Origin: an uncultured Acidobacteriota bacterium
GTDB taxonomy: Bacteria > Acidobacteriota > Thermoanaerobaculia > UBA5066 > Gp7-AA6
Reading direction: 5' to 3'
Assembly (NCBI GenBank): GCA_963764715.1
Contig: CAVXTP010000010.1
Span: 1-64,000, forward strand
Length of the DNA: 64,000 nucleotides
Shown: piece after piece, positions 53,681 through 62,976 of the stretch
Layout of the letters: every line of letters starts with the position of its first letter
Numbering within the stretch: the stretch's first letter is position 1
The notes under the pieces: generated by a model
Database searches by the model: none
What the model saw: only the letters and a program-made list of their open reading frames with translations
Told to the model about the DNA's origin: nothing
Program-made: the position numbers and the translations under genes

Positions 53681-54498
53681 CCGCCCTGGATCGTGATGCG
53701 CCGCCGCGAGCGCCGCCAGGCCCACTGGCCGAGGGCGAGCAGGGCGAGCGTCCAGCCGGCCTGCAGCGCGAGCAGCCGCACGGCCTCGAGCCCCGCGGCC
53801 TGCCCGAGGTAGAGCGTCGCGGGCGTGAAATTGATGTGCGGGAAGGGCGACCAGATCAGGATCGTCCGCAGCGGCTCCGGGAAGAGCGTCGTCGGGATCA
53901 GGAGGCCCGAAAGCAGCTCGAACACGAGGTACTTCGCGCGGAGGATGCCGAGGATCGACTTCGACCGGATCGCGACCAGTCCCACGAGGAAGTTGAGCGC
54001 CGCGACGAGGAAGAACGAGAGGATCGCCGAGACGAAGAAGAACGTTCCGGCGGCGACCGAAGAGGGCGGTTGAACCGGGAAGATGAGCGCGAGCACGACG
54101 GAGATCGGAATCGTGAAGAGCACGGCGCGGAAGGCCGACTGGCCGGCGGCGTCCGCGATCATGACGGTCTGGAAGTCGACCGGCCGGATGAGACTCATCG
54201 CCAGGCGCCCCTCCTGGACCTGGGTCGCGAGGTCCCGGTCGATCTCGTTGAAGTAGAACGACCGGATCGCCCAGCCCACGGCGACGTAGGTGATCATCTG
54301 CTGCAGGGTGAGGCCCGCGACCCGGTCCGCGTGCCGGAAGACGGCGCGCCAGATGAAGAAGTACACCGCGACGTTGAAGAGGTACGTCAGGACGCCGACG
54401 TAGTAGCGCGCCCGGTAGGCGAGCATGTTCATGAAGCCGATGCGGGCGAAGGGGAGGGCGGCGCGCCAGGTCCCGGCGGCCGCGGTCGCCGCGCTCAC
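53677..54498 (-). CDS. ABC-2 family transporter permease (DUF990-like)
   Basis: LAYRA, QMITY, LIRPVD, LLSGLLIP, ITIQGG terminus. Confidence 0.9.
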   Translation of the reverse strand: MSAATAAAGTWRAALPFARIGFMNMLAYRARYYVGVLTYLFNVAVYFFIWRAVFRHADRVAGLTLQQMITYVAVGWAIRSFYFNEIDRDLATQVQEGRLAMSLIRPVDFQTVMIADAAGQSAFRAVLFTIPISVVLALIFPVQPPSSVAAGTFFFVSAILSFFLVAALNFLVGLVAIRSKSILGILRAKYLVFELLSGLLIPTTLFPEPLRTILIWSPFPHINFTPATLYLGQAAGLEAVRLLALQAGWTLALLALGQWAWRRSRRRITIQGG

Positions 54499-55491
54499 GA
54501 GATGCCCTCCTGGTAGATGCGCTTGACGACCTCCTCGACCTCCGGCTCCTCGATCTTGAGGTCCGAAACCTCGAAGCGGTTGACGATGTCCTTGACGGCG
54601 GTCGCCGGCGCGACGACGCGCCGGTCGAGATCGAGCCGGTAACGCAGCGTCCCGACCTCGCGGATCGGGGTGCCGTCGAAGGTCAGCTCGGAGGGCGCCG
54701 GCGCGTGCTTGACGTCGAAGACGATCGAGGTCACCGGGAGGATCCGGTCGCGCAGCTCGTCGAGGGCCCCGTCGAAGAGGAGCCGCCCGTGGTCGATGAC
54801 GATGACCCGCTTGCAGAGCGTCTCGATGTCGGCGAGATCGTGCGTCGTCAGCAGGACGGTCGTGCCGTCGTGGCCGTTGATCTCCTGCAGGAACTCCCGG
54901 ACGTTGGCCTTGGCGACCACGTCGAGGCCGATCGTCGGCTCGTCGAGAAAGAGGAGCGGCGGCCGGTGGAGGAGCGAGGCGGCGAGGTCGCAGCGCATGC
55001 GCTCGCCGAGCGAGAGCTTGCGGACGGGCTGGCTGGAGATAGGCCTTGAGGCCGAGGACCTTGTCGAAGAGGTCCATCCGCTCGCGGTACTGCGGCTCGG
55101 TCAGGCCGTAGATCTCCTTGAGCAGCCGGAAGGACTCGACGACGGCGATGTCCCACCAGAGCTGCGTGCGTTGTCCGAAGACGACGCCGATCGTCGCGAC
55201 GTAACGGGTCCGCTCCCGGTGCGGCACGAAGCCGTTGCACAGGATCTCGCCCGAGGTCGGCGTCAGGATGCCGGTGAGCATCTTGATCGTCGTCGACTTG
55301 CCGGCGCCGTTGGCGCCGATGTAGCCGACCATCTCGCCGGGCGCGATCTCGAAGTTGACGTCCGCGACCGCCGAGAGCTCCGTCGCGGTGCGCCGGACCA
55401 GCGACTTGAGGGCGGCGGCGAGGCCCTCCTCGCGCCGGAACGACTTGAAGACCTTGGTCAGGCGCGAGACCCGGACGATCGGCTCGGTCAT
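54495..55491 (-). CDS. ABC transporter ATP-binding protein (one frameshift near 55030)
   Basis: GANGAGKST in one frame; LSLGERMRC and LFLDEPTIGLD in another. Confidence 0.9.
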
Positions 55492-56342
55492 CGCTTCGAG
55501 AGCTCCAGGGCGCGGGCGTAGATCTCGCGCGCCGGCCGGCCCGACCGGCGCGCGATCTCGCGGGAGAGCGCCTTGAGCGCCGCGCCGCCCGCGAGGGCCT
55601 CGCGGATCCGCGCGTCGAGTCGTCGTCCGGCGCGACGGCGGCGGCCTCGCCGCCGTGTCCCTCGACGACGACGGTGATCTCGCCGCGGCCGGTTCCGCGC
55701 GCCGCGATCGCCGCCGCGAGCTCGGGAAGCGTGCCGCGCAGGACCTCCTCGTGCAGCTTCGTGAGCTCCCGGGCGACGCAGGCGCGGCGGGGACCGAGCG
55801 CTTCGGCGGCCGCCGCCAGGGACTCGCGCAGGCGGTGCGGCGCCTCGAACCAGACGAGCGTCTCGGCGCGCCCGGCGAGGGCCTCGAGGAAGCGCCGCCG
55901 CTCGCCCTCCCGGGCCGGCAGGAAGCCCAGGAAGACGTGGGGGACGGCCGGCAGGCCCGAGACCGCCAGCGCCGCGGCCGGGGCGGAGGGGCCGGGCACG
56001 ACCTCGATGCGGTGTCCGGCCGCCGCGGCCGCCGCGACGAGCCGTTCGCCCGGGTCCGAGAGCGCCGGCATGCCGGCGTCGGACACGAGCGCGACGGTCT
56101 CGCCGCGGGAAAGCCGCTCGAGCAGCTCCTCGACGCGGCCGGCCTCGCGCGGGCGCGGGGCAGGCGACGCGCCGCGCGGAGATGCCGAAGCGCGCCGCGA
56201 GCTTCGCGGTCACGCGGGTGTCCTCGCAGAAGAGGACGTCGGACTCGGCGAGGGCGCGCCGGGCGCGCGGGGAGAGGTCCTCGAGATTCCCGATGGGCGT
56301 TCCGACGACGAGGAGCCTCCCGGGTTTTTCGAACTCGCTCAC
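55488..56342 (-). CDS. rsmI: 16S rRNA (cytidine1402-2'-O)-methyltransferase, with frameshifts near 56160 and 55620
   Basis: VGTPIGNLEDLS, CEDTRVT, VSDAGMPALSDPG, FEAPHR, ARELTKLHEE. Confidence 0.9.
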   Translation of the reverse strand: MSEFEKPGRLLVVGTPIGNLEDLSPRARRALAESDVLFCEDTRVTAKLAARFGISARRVACPAPARGRPRRGAARAAFPRRDRRARVRRRHAGALGPGRTARRGGRGGRTPHRGRARPLRPGRGAGGLGPAGRPPRLPGLPAGPGGRAAALPRGPRRARRDARLVRGAAPPARVPGGGRRSARSPPRLRRPGAHEAARGGPARHASRARGGDRGARNRPRRDHRRRRGTRRRGRRRRAGRRLDARIREALAGGAALKALSREIARRSGRPAREIYARALELSKR

Positions 56343-56386
56343 GGAGAGACGGAAAATAGCATGGAGCGTCCCGGTATCATGGCGCC

Positions 56387-57101
56387 GTGCGCCCGCTGGC
56401 CCGGACTCGCCGCCGTGACGATCGCCGCCGCCGCGTCGCTCTCGGGCGAGTTCGTCGACCGGATCGCGGCGACGGTCAACGACACGGCGATCCCCGAGAG
56501 CGAGGTGCGCAAGGCCATGCTCGTCTCGGCCCTCCAGCCCGGGCCCGGCGAGAGCCCGGAGGCGTTCCGCAGCCGGGTCCTCGACGCCCTGATCGACCAG
56601 CAGCTCGAGTACCAGGACGCGTCGCGGTTCGGCCCCTCGCCGCCGGACGCCGCGCAGCTTTCCGAAGCGATGAAGAAGCTCCAGGATCGCCTCCGGGCGG
56701 AAGGACGGGACCCCGCGGCCGAGTTCGCCCGCGCGGGCCTGACCGAGGAGGACGTCGCGTCCTCGCTCGAGCGTCAGCTCGTCATCCAGCGCTACCTCCG
56801 CGAGCGGTTCGCCCCGATCGCGTACGCCGACGAAGAGCAGGCCCGCGCCGAGTATTCGACGCACTACGTGCCCGCGCAGGAGGCGGCGAAGCAGCCGGTG
56901 GAGCCCTACGACAAGGTCGCCGACGAGATGCGGCGGCGGGCGTCGGCGCGGGCGTTCGACGACCAGGTGTCCCGCTGGATGAAGGAGCTCCGCCAGAAGG
57001 CGCGCATCGGCATCTACCGGATCCCGCCGCAGCTTCCGGCGGGGCGCACGCCCGTGCTCGTGTCGACGGCGCCGCCCGCCGCCCGGACTCCCGCGCCTTG
57101 A
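56387..57101 (+). CDS. SurA N-terminal-like periplasmic chaperone domain protein (one frameshift near 56400)
   Basis: VDRIAATVND, VLDALIDQQL, WMKELRQKARI; removing one C near 56400 joins GTG 56387 to a signal peptide MRPLAGLAAVTIAAAASLSG. Confidence 0.75.
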
Positions 57102-58837
57102 ACGTCTTCGTCGCGCTGCTGGCGGCGCTCGTCGCCGGGGCGGCGCCCGCGGGACCGCCGAGCGCGGAGCTGCGCGGGGTCGCGGTGCCGATGCGGGACG
57201 GCGTGAAGCTCGCGGCCGACGTGCTGCGGCCGAAGGCCGAGGGACGCTTCCCGACGCTCGTGTACCGAACGCCCTACGACCGGAAGCGCGCGTCGGAGGA
57301 CGAGGTCGCGAAGGCCGCGCTCGACGCCGGCTACGCGGTCGTGCGCGTCGACGTGCGCGGCCGCTACGACTCGGAGGGCGTCTTCACGCCGTACCGCAAC
57401 GAGGGCGCCGACGGGTACGACACGATCGAGTGGGCGGCGGCGCAGGCCTGGTCGACCGGGGAGGTCGGGACCTACGGTCTCTCGTACCCGGGGGCCGTGC
57501 AGTGGCTCGCGGCGGTCGAATCGCCTCCGCACCTGAAGGCGATGGTTCCCGCGATGACCTTCTCGACGCCGCGCAACTTCTTCTACGCCGGCGGCGCGTG
57601 GGACCTGTCGTGGCTGCCCTGGATCTGGAACAACATCGCCCCGGACGCGCGGGTCCGGGGAAGCCTTCCCGGCCCGCGGACGGGCCGCGAGGCGCGCGCC
57701 GAGTGGAAGCGCCTGCAGCGCGAGCTGCCGTACCGGCTGCCGGTGACCAACGTCCCGGAGCTCCGCGGGCCGGCTCCGTATTACTTCGACTGGCTGGCGC
57801 ATCGACCCGGGGAGTCGTGGTGGGACTGGAGCGAGATCCGAGGGCGCTACGGGCGGGTGGGCGCGGCCGTCCTCAACATCTCGGGCTGGCACGACGAGAC
57901 CTACGGCCCCGAAGGGGCGATGACCAACTTCCAGGGTCTCCTCGAGGCCCGCCGCGGCGAGGCCGATCCCCGCACGCAGGTGATCCTCGGGCCCTGGGTC
58001 CACGGCGGCGAGGGGGAGGACCGCTCGGGAGACCGCGTCTTCGGCCCGCAGGCGCGGCTCGAGTATGCCCGGGAGATCGTGCGATTCATGGACCGTTACG
58101 TCCGCGGCCTCGCCAACGGCGTCGATCGCGCGCCGCGCGTGCGCGCGTTCGTCATGGGGGAGAACGTCTGGCGGACCGGCAACGCGCTGCCGCTCGAGGG
58201 AACGACGCCGGTGTCGCTCTACCTGGCGGGCGGAGGAAAGCTCCTGCGCGAAGCGCCGCCGGGCGCCGACGGCGGCTCGAGCGGCTTCGTCTCGGACCCG
58301 GCCCATCCCGTCGTCGACCCCTACGCCGACGCCGCCGGGGCGCACGACTACCGCTTCCTCGCCGGGCGGCCCGACACGCTGGTGTTCGAGACCGAGCCGC
58401 TCGCCGAGCCGCTCCGCGTGGTCGGGGCGATCGGGACGGAGATCCACCTCTCGGCCGACGCCCCGGACGCGGACCTCTGGGTCAAGCTCGAGGACGTCGG
58501 GCCGGACGGAACGGCCTGGAACCTGTCGAGCCCCGGCACGGACGTCCTGCGGGTGAGCGAGCGCGACGGCGGGGCCGGGGGGAAGCCCCTGGCGGCGGGC
58601 GAGATCGCCGTCCTGCGCCTGCCGAACCTGCGCACCGGGAACCTCTTCGCGAAAGGCCACCGCGTGCGCGTCGTGCTCTGCGGCAGCTTCATGCCCCACT
58701 TCTCGCGCAACCTGCAGAGCGGAGAATCCGAGATGCGCTCCGCCGAGTCCCGCAAGGCGTCGATCCGCATCCACCACGACGCGGCGCACCCCTCCCGGAT
58801 CATCCTCCCCGTCGTGGGGTCAGCCCTGAGCAACTGA
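57098..58837 (+). CDS. CocE/NonD family hydrolase, secreted
   Basis: VPMRDGVKLAAD, RTPY, DVRGR..SEG, GLSYPG nucleophile, GPWVH. Confidence 0.93.
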   Translation: MNVFVALLAALVAGAAPAGPPSAELRGVAVPMRDGVKLAADVLRPKAEGRFPTLVYRTPYDRKRASEDEVAKAALDAGYAVVRVDVRGRYDSEGVFTPYRNEGADGYDTIEWAAAQAWSTGEVGTYGLSYPGAVQWLAAVESPPHLKAMVPAMTFSTPRNFFYAGGAWDLSWLPWIWNNIAPDARVRGSLPGPRTGREARAEWKRLQRELPYRLPVTNVPELRGPAPYYFDWLAHRPGESWWDWSEIRGRYGRVGAAVLNISGWHDETYGPEGAMTNFQGLLEARRGEADPRTQVILGPWVHGGEGEDRSGDRVFGPQARLEYAREIVRFMDRYVRGLANGVDRAPRVRAFVMGENVWRTGNALPLEGTTPVSLYLAGGGKLLREAPPGADGGSSGFVSDPAHPVVDPYADAAGAHDYRFLAGRPDTLVFETEPLAEPLRVVGAIGTEIHLSADAPDADLWVKLEDVGPDGTAWNLSSPGTDVLRVSERDGGAGGKPLAAGEIAVLRLPNLRTGNLFAKGHRVRVVLCGSFMPHFSRNLQSGESEMRSAESRKASIRIHHDAAHPSRIILPVVGSALSN

Positions 58838-58887
58838 ACTTTGGGGGTCAGCCCTGAATATCTGAATTTTGGGGTCAGACCTGAACT
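58815..58887. repeat. Three tandem GGGGTCAG-family repeats (~27 bp unit)
   Basis: GGGGTCAGCCCTG-N5-CTGAAYTT x2 plus a partial third copy. Confidence 0.88.
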
Positions 58888-58927
58888 GCGGAGGTGACGG
58901 GCTCGTGGTGAGGAGACGCGGAAGGCC

Positions 58928-59881
58928 GTGAGAGTCGCGGTTTTCGGGACGGGCGGGGCCGGCGGGAGATTCGGCGCGGATCTCGCGCGGGCCGGGGAGG
59001 ACGTCGCCCTGATTGCGCGCGGAACACACCTGGCCGCCATCCGTGAGCACGGTCTCCTCGTCGAGACCGACGACGGTGAGTTCCGTGTGCGGCCGGCCGT
59101 TGCCACGGATGCCCCGGCAGAGGTCGGGCCCGTCGACGTCGTGCTTCTCGGCGTCAAGACCTGGCAGGTCGAGGAGGCCGCCCGGGCCATGCGGCCGCTC
59201 CTCGGGCCCGAGACCTTCGTCGTTCCGCTCCAGAACGGCGTCGAGGCGGCGGGCCAGCTCGCGGGAGTCCTGGGCGCCGATCGCGTCGTGGGCGGCCTCT
59301 GCGCGACGTTTTCCTGGATCGTTGCGCCGGGACGGATCCGGAGCCTCGGCCAGGTCCACTCCTTGCGGTTCGGAGAGCTCGACCGGCGGCCGAGCCCGCG
59401 GACCGAGGCGCTGCGCGCCGCCTTCGAGCGCGCCGGGGTGCGCGCGACGATCCCGCCGGACATCGAAGTGTCCCTCTGGGAGAAGTTCCTGATCGTCGTC
59501 TCGTTCGGAGGGGTCGGCGCCGTCACGCGGGTCCCGGTCGGCGTCACCCGGGCGACGCCGGAGACGCGGCGCCTGATCGAGCGCGGGATGGAGGAAATCT
59601 TCGCCGTGGGCCGGGCGCGGGGCGTCGCGCTGCCGGACGAGGCGGCCGACAAGGGAATGGCCTTCGTCGACTCGCTCGATCCGTCCGGGACGACCTCCCT
59701 GCAGCGCGACATCGCGGAAGGGCGCCCGTCCGAGCTCGAGGCCTGGAACGGCGCCGTCGCGCGCCTGGGCCGCGCGGCGGGCGTCCCGACGCCCGTCCAC
59801 GAGTTTCTCTACGCGAGCCTCCTGCCGCTGGAGCGGAAGGCCCGCGACTCTGTCCGGCAAAGTTCAGAAATGCAGGGCTGA
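58928..59881 (+). CDS. panE: 2-dehydropantoate 2-reductase (ketopantoate reductase)
   Basis: GTGGAG, VKT, LQNG, LWEKF, SLQRD...SELE..NG. Confidence 0.9.
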   Translation: MRVAVFGTGGAGGRFGADLARAGEDVALIARGTHLAAIREHGLLVETDDGEFRVRPAVATDAPAEVGPVDVVLLGVKTWQVEEAARAMRPLLGPETFVVPLQNGVEAAGQLAGVLGADRVVGGLCATFSWIVAPGRIRSLGQVHSLRFGELDRRPSPRTEALRAAFERAGVRATIPPDIEVSLWEKFLIVVSFGGVGAVTRVPVGVTRATPETRRLIERGMEEIFAVGRARGVALPDEAADKGMAFVDSLDPSGTTSLQRDIAEGRPSELEAWNGAVARLGRAAGVPTPVHEFLYASLLPLERKARDSVRQSSEMQG

Positions 59882-59888
59882 CCCCAAA
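59859..59888 (-). repeat. Inverted copy of the GGGGTCAG repeat at the panE 3' end
   Basis: Minus strand TTTGGGGTCAGCCCTGCATTTCTGAACTTT. Confidence 0.88.
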
Positions 59889-59900
59889 AAGGAGGAGATC

Positions 59901-60389
59901 GTGAAGATTCGCATCGGGTGGTGCCTCGGGATCCTCGCCGTTTCGAGCCTGCCGCTCTTCGGGCAGGCGGCCGGAAAACCCGCTTCGAGCAACAGGCAGG
60001 TCGCCGACGAAGTCATCGCGCTGACACGGGCGCACTGGGCGGCAGAGATGAAAAAGGACGCCGCGGCCTGGGGCAGGAACGTGGCCGACGACTACACCGT
60101 GTTCGAAGGCGCCTACCCGACGCGCATCGACGGGAAGGCCACGATGCAGCACGTGGTGGACGGCAACTTCTCCGGGACCGATACGCTCATCACGGCCGAG
60201 ATGGCCAACGAGAAGGTGCAGGTCTACGGCGACGTCGCGATCCTTTCCTACAACTACATCGCCTCGGTGAAGAACAAGGACGGGAAGGTGTCGCCGGCCA
60301 TGGCGAAGTCGACCCGGGTCTACGTCCGGCAGGGCGGGCAATGGATGCTGGTCCACGCCAACTTCGCCCCCGTGACCTCGCCCAACTGA
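59901..60389 (+). CDS. Secreted NTF2-like (DUF4440/SnoaL) protein
   Basis: Signal peptide, VQVYGDVAI, TRVYVRQGGQWMLVHANF; AAGGAGG SD. Confidence 0.85.
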   Translation: MKIRIGWCLGILAVSSLPLFGQAAGKPASSNRQVADEVIALTRAHWAAEMKKDAAAWGRNVADDYTVFEGAYPTRIDGKATMQHVVDGNFSGTDTLITAEMANEKVQVYGDVAILSYNYIASVKNKDGKVSPAMAKSTRVYVRQGGQWMLVHANFAPVTSPN

Positions 60390-60439
60390 CGATTCTTCGC
60401 CTCAACGGAGTCAGGCCCCTCACCGTGCGTTCGCGACGG

Positions 60440-60778
60440 TTACCCCGGCGGCCAGGTGAGGGCGCGCCCGCCGAGGAGGTGGAAGTGCAGGTGGAACACG
60501 GTCTGCCCCGCCCCCTCGCCGTTGTTGGCGACGAGGCGGTAGTGCTCGAGCTTCAGCTCGCGCGCGATCGCCGCCGCCCGGGCGACCACCTCTCCGATGA
60601 GGAGCTCGTCCCCCGGACCAGCTTCGGCCAGCCGGCCGATGTGCCTGCGCGGGATGACGAGGACGTGCGTCGGGGCCTTCGGCGCGACGTCGTGGAAGGC
60701 GTACACGTGGTCGTCGGCGAAGACCTTCTTCGACGGGATCTCGCCCGCCGCGATCTTGCAGAAGAGGCAGTCGGTCAC
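60440..60778 (-). CDS. Histidine triad (HIT) nucleotide-binding protein
   Basis: DCLFCKI, GQTVFHLHFHLLGG. Confidence 0.95.
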   Translation of the reverse strand: MTDCLFCKIAAGEIPSKKVFADDHVYAFHDVAPKAPTHVLVIPRRHIGRLAEAGPGDELLIGEVVARAAAIARELKLEHYRLVANNGEGAGQTVFHLHFHLLGGRALTWPPG

Positions 60779-62025
60779 TTCACCCTCCTCACTCTGGCGC
60801 CCAGGCCCACGAGCTTCTCCTCCATCTTCGCGTAGCCCCGGTCGAGGTGGTAGACGCGGTCGATCGTGGTCTCGCCTTCGGCCGTCAGCGCGGCGATCGC
60901 GAGGGCCGCCGAGGCCCGCAGGTCGCTCGCCATCACGGTGGCGCCGGTCAGCCGGGAGGGTCCCTCGACGACCGCCCAGCGGCCCTCGAGGCGGATCCGG
61001 GCGCCCATTCGGACGAGCTCGGCGACGTGCTGGAAGCGGTTCTCGAAGATCGTCTCGGTGATCGTGGCGACGCCGTCCATCGACGTCGCCAGGGCCATCC
61101 ACTGCGCCTGGAGGTCGGTCGGGAAGCCCGGGTAGGGCGCCGTGGCGACGTCGTGGGACACGAGCCGGCCCTCCGCGCGCACCCGCACCGTGTCGCCGAT
61201 GGTGTCGAGGCGCGCGCCGGTCACGGCGAGCCGGGCGGTCAGCGCCGAGAGGTGCTCGGGCGCGCAGCCTCGGACCGCGACGTCCCCGCGCGTGGCGGCC
61301 GCGGCGATAACGTAGGTCCCGGCCTCGATGCGGTCCGGGATGATCGGGTGCTCGACGCCGTGGAGGCTCTCCACACCCTCGACGACGATGGTCTCGCCGC
61401 CCGCCCCGGTGATGCGCGCGCCCATCGCGTTGAGCATGACGGCGAGGTTCGTGACCTCCGGCTCGCGCGCCGCGTTGACGAGCCGCGTCGTCCCGCGCGC
61501 CAGCACGGCCGCGAGCATGACGTTCTCGGTTCCGGTGACGGTGACCGTGTCGAACACGATGTCGGTCCCCGTCAGCCGCCCGGCCCGGGCCTCGACGTAG
61601 CCATGCTCGAGGCTGACCTCGGCGCCGAGCTTCTCGAAGGCCTTGAGATGCTGGTCGATCGGACGCACGCCGATCGCGCAGCCGCCCGGCAGCGATACCC
61701 GGACGGCGCCGGACCGGGCGAGAAGCGGGCCGAGCACGAGCACGGAGGCGCGCATCGTCTTGACGAGGTCGTAGGGCGCGTCGGCCGAGCCGATGGACGG
61801 CACCTCGATCGCCACGCCGCCGGGCTGCGCCTCGATCTTCGCTCCCGTGTGCTGGAGCAGCCGCCGCATCGTCCGGATGTCCGCGACGTCGGGCAGGTTC
61901 GTCAGGCGCACGGGCTCGGACGTCAGGAGGGCCGCGGCCAGGCACGGCAGGGCCGCGTTCTTGGCCCCGGAGATCTCGACCTCGCCCGCGAGGCGCACGG
62001 GCCCCTCGATTACGAACTTGTCCAC
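60775..62025 (-). CDS. murA: UDP-N-acetylglucosamine 1-carboxyvinyltransferase
   Basis: SGAKNAALP, LPGGCAIG, PGFPTDLQ, DLRA, HLDRGY. Confidence 0.97.
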   Translation of the reverse strand: MDKFVIEGPVRLAGEVEISGAKNAALPCLAAALLTSEPVRLTNLPDVADIRTMRRLLQHTGAKIEAQPGGVAIEVPSIGSADAPYDLVKTMRASVLVLGPLLARSGAVRVSLPGGCAIGVRPIDQHLKAFEKLGAEVSLEHGYVEARAGRLTGTDIVFDTVTVTGTENVMLAAVLARGTTRLVNAAREPEVTNLAVMLNAMGARITGAGGETIVVEGVESLHGVEHPIIPDRIEAGTYVIAAAATRGDVAVRGCAPEHLSALTARLAVTGARLDTIGDTVRVRAEGRLVSHDVATAPYPGFPTDLQAQWMALATSMDGVATITETIFENRFQHVAELVRMGARIRLEGRWAVVEGPSRLTGATVMASDLRASAALAIAALTAEGETTIDRVYHLDRGYAKMEEKLVGLGARVRRVK

Positions 62026-62897
62026 GGCTTGCGGATTCTACTGACCCTTTCGGAGGCCGACTCCAGCCGCGCGATGCAGATGCGCGGAATCCCCTCGAGG
62101 TCGGGCTCGATCCGCACGAACCTCCAGACGGGCCGGGCCAGGATTTCCGAGCGGACGGCCTCCGCCTGGCCGAAGCCGATCTCGAAGACGATGACGCCCC
62201 CGGGCTCGAGGTATCCCCCCGCCGTGGCGAGGAGCTGGCGGATGGCGGTCATGCCGTCGTCCCCGGCGAAGAGGGCCCGGCGGGGATCGTGGTCGCGGAC
62301 GGTGGGCGGCAGGTTGGGCGATTCGCCGAGCGCGAGGTACGGCGGATTGGAGAGGATCAGGTCGAAGCGGGCGCCCCCGAGGGCGGAGAGCCAGTCGGAG
62401 GCGAGGAGCGACAGGCGCGGCAGGACGCCGTGCCGGGCGGCGTTCTGGCGGGCCAGCGCGAGGGCGTCGAGCGAGATGTCGAGCGCGACCGCATTCGCCT
62501 CGGGCCGCTCCAGGAGGTACGTGATGGCGATGATGCCGCTCCCGGTGCCGGCGTCGAGGACGCGGCGCGCTCCGCCGGCCTCGCGCAGGGCCTGCTCGAC
62601 CAGGATCTCGGTCTCCGGCCGCGGCACGAGGGCCCGGCCGTCCACCCGGAACGGCCGGCCGTAGAAGTCCCACTCGCCGATGAGGTGCTGGACCGGAACG
62701 CCCGTGAGCCGCCGCTCCCAGAGGGCGAAGAAGCGGTCCTGGACCTGGGGATCGACCTCGAGCCGCGGGTCGAGCGCGAGGGGCGGCGCGCCGCCCAGGG
62801 CGTGGCCGAGCAGCAGCCGCGCGTCCCAGGCGGTGGCGTCGGAGCTCGTCGCCGCGGCGCGGTCGGCGGCGTGCTGGAGGAGCTCGCGGGTGGTCAT
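62010..62897 (-). CDS. prmC: Release factor glutamine methyltransferase
   Basis: LVPRPETE, DAGTGSG, SNPPY; follows prfA. Confidence 0.95.
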   Translation of the reverse strand: MTTRELLQHAADRAAATSSDATAWDARLLLGHALGGAPPLALDPRLEVDPQVQDRFFALWERRLTGVPVQHLIGEWDFYGRPFRVDGRALVPRPETEILVEQALREAGGARRVLDAGTGSGIIAITYLLERPEANAVALDISLDALALARQNAARHGVLPRLSLLASDWLSALGGARFDLILSNPPYLALGESPNLPPTVRDHDPRRALFAGDDGMTAIRQLLATAGGYLEPGGVIVFEIGFGQAEAVRSEILARPVWRFVRIEPDLEGIPRICIARLESASERVSRIRKPWTSS

Positions 62898-62900
62898 GGA

Positions 62901-62966
62901 CGGGAGGCAGGAGGCAGGAGGCGGGAGGCAGGAGCCGAGCCTGCCGTCTGCCGCCTGCTTCCTCCG
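62901..62966. repeat. Heptamer array (CRGGAGG)x5 followed by an inverted pyrimidine-rich heptamer run
   Basis: cgggagg caggagg caggagg cgggagg caggagc ... cctgccg tctgccg cctgctt. Confidence 0.8.
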
Positions 62967-62976
62967 GCCTGATTCC

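Noticed and set aside
58815-58887. Tandem ~27 bp repeats as a CRISPR array
   Set aside because: The units are adjacent, with no unique 25-40 bp spacers and no cas genes.
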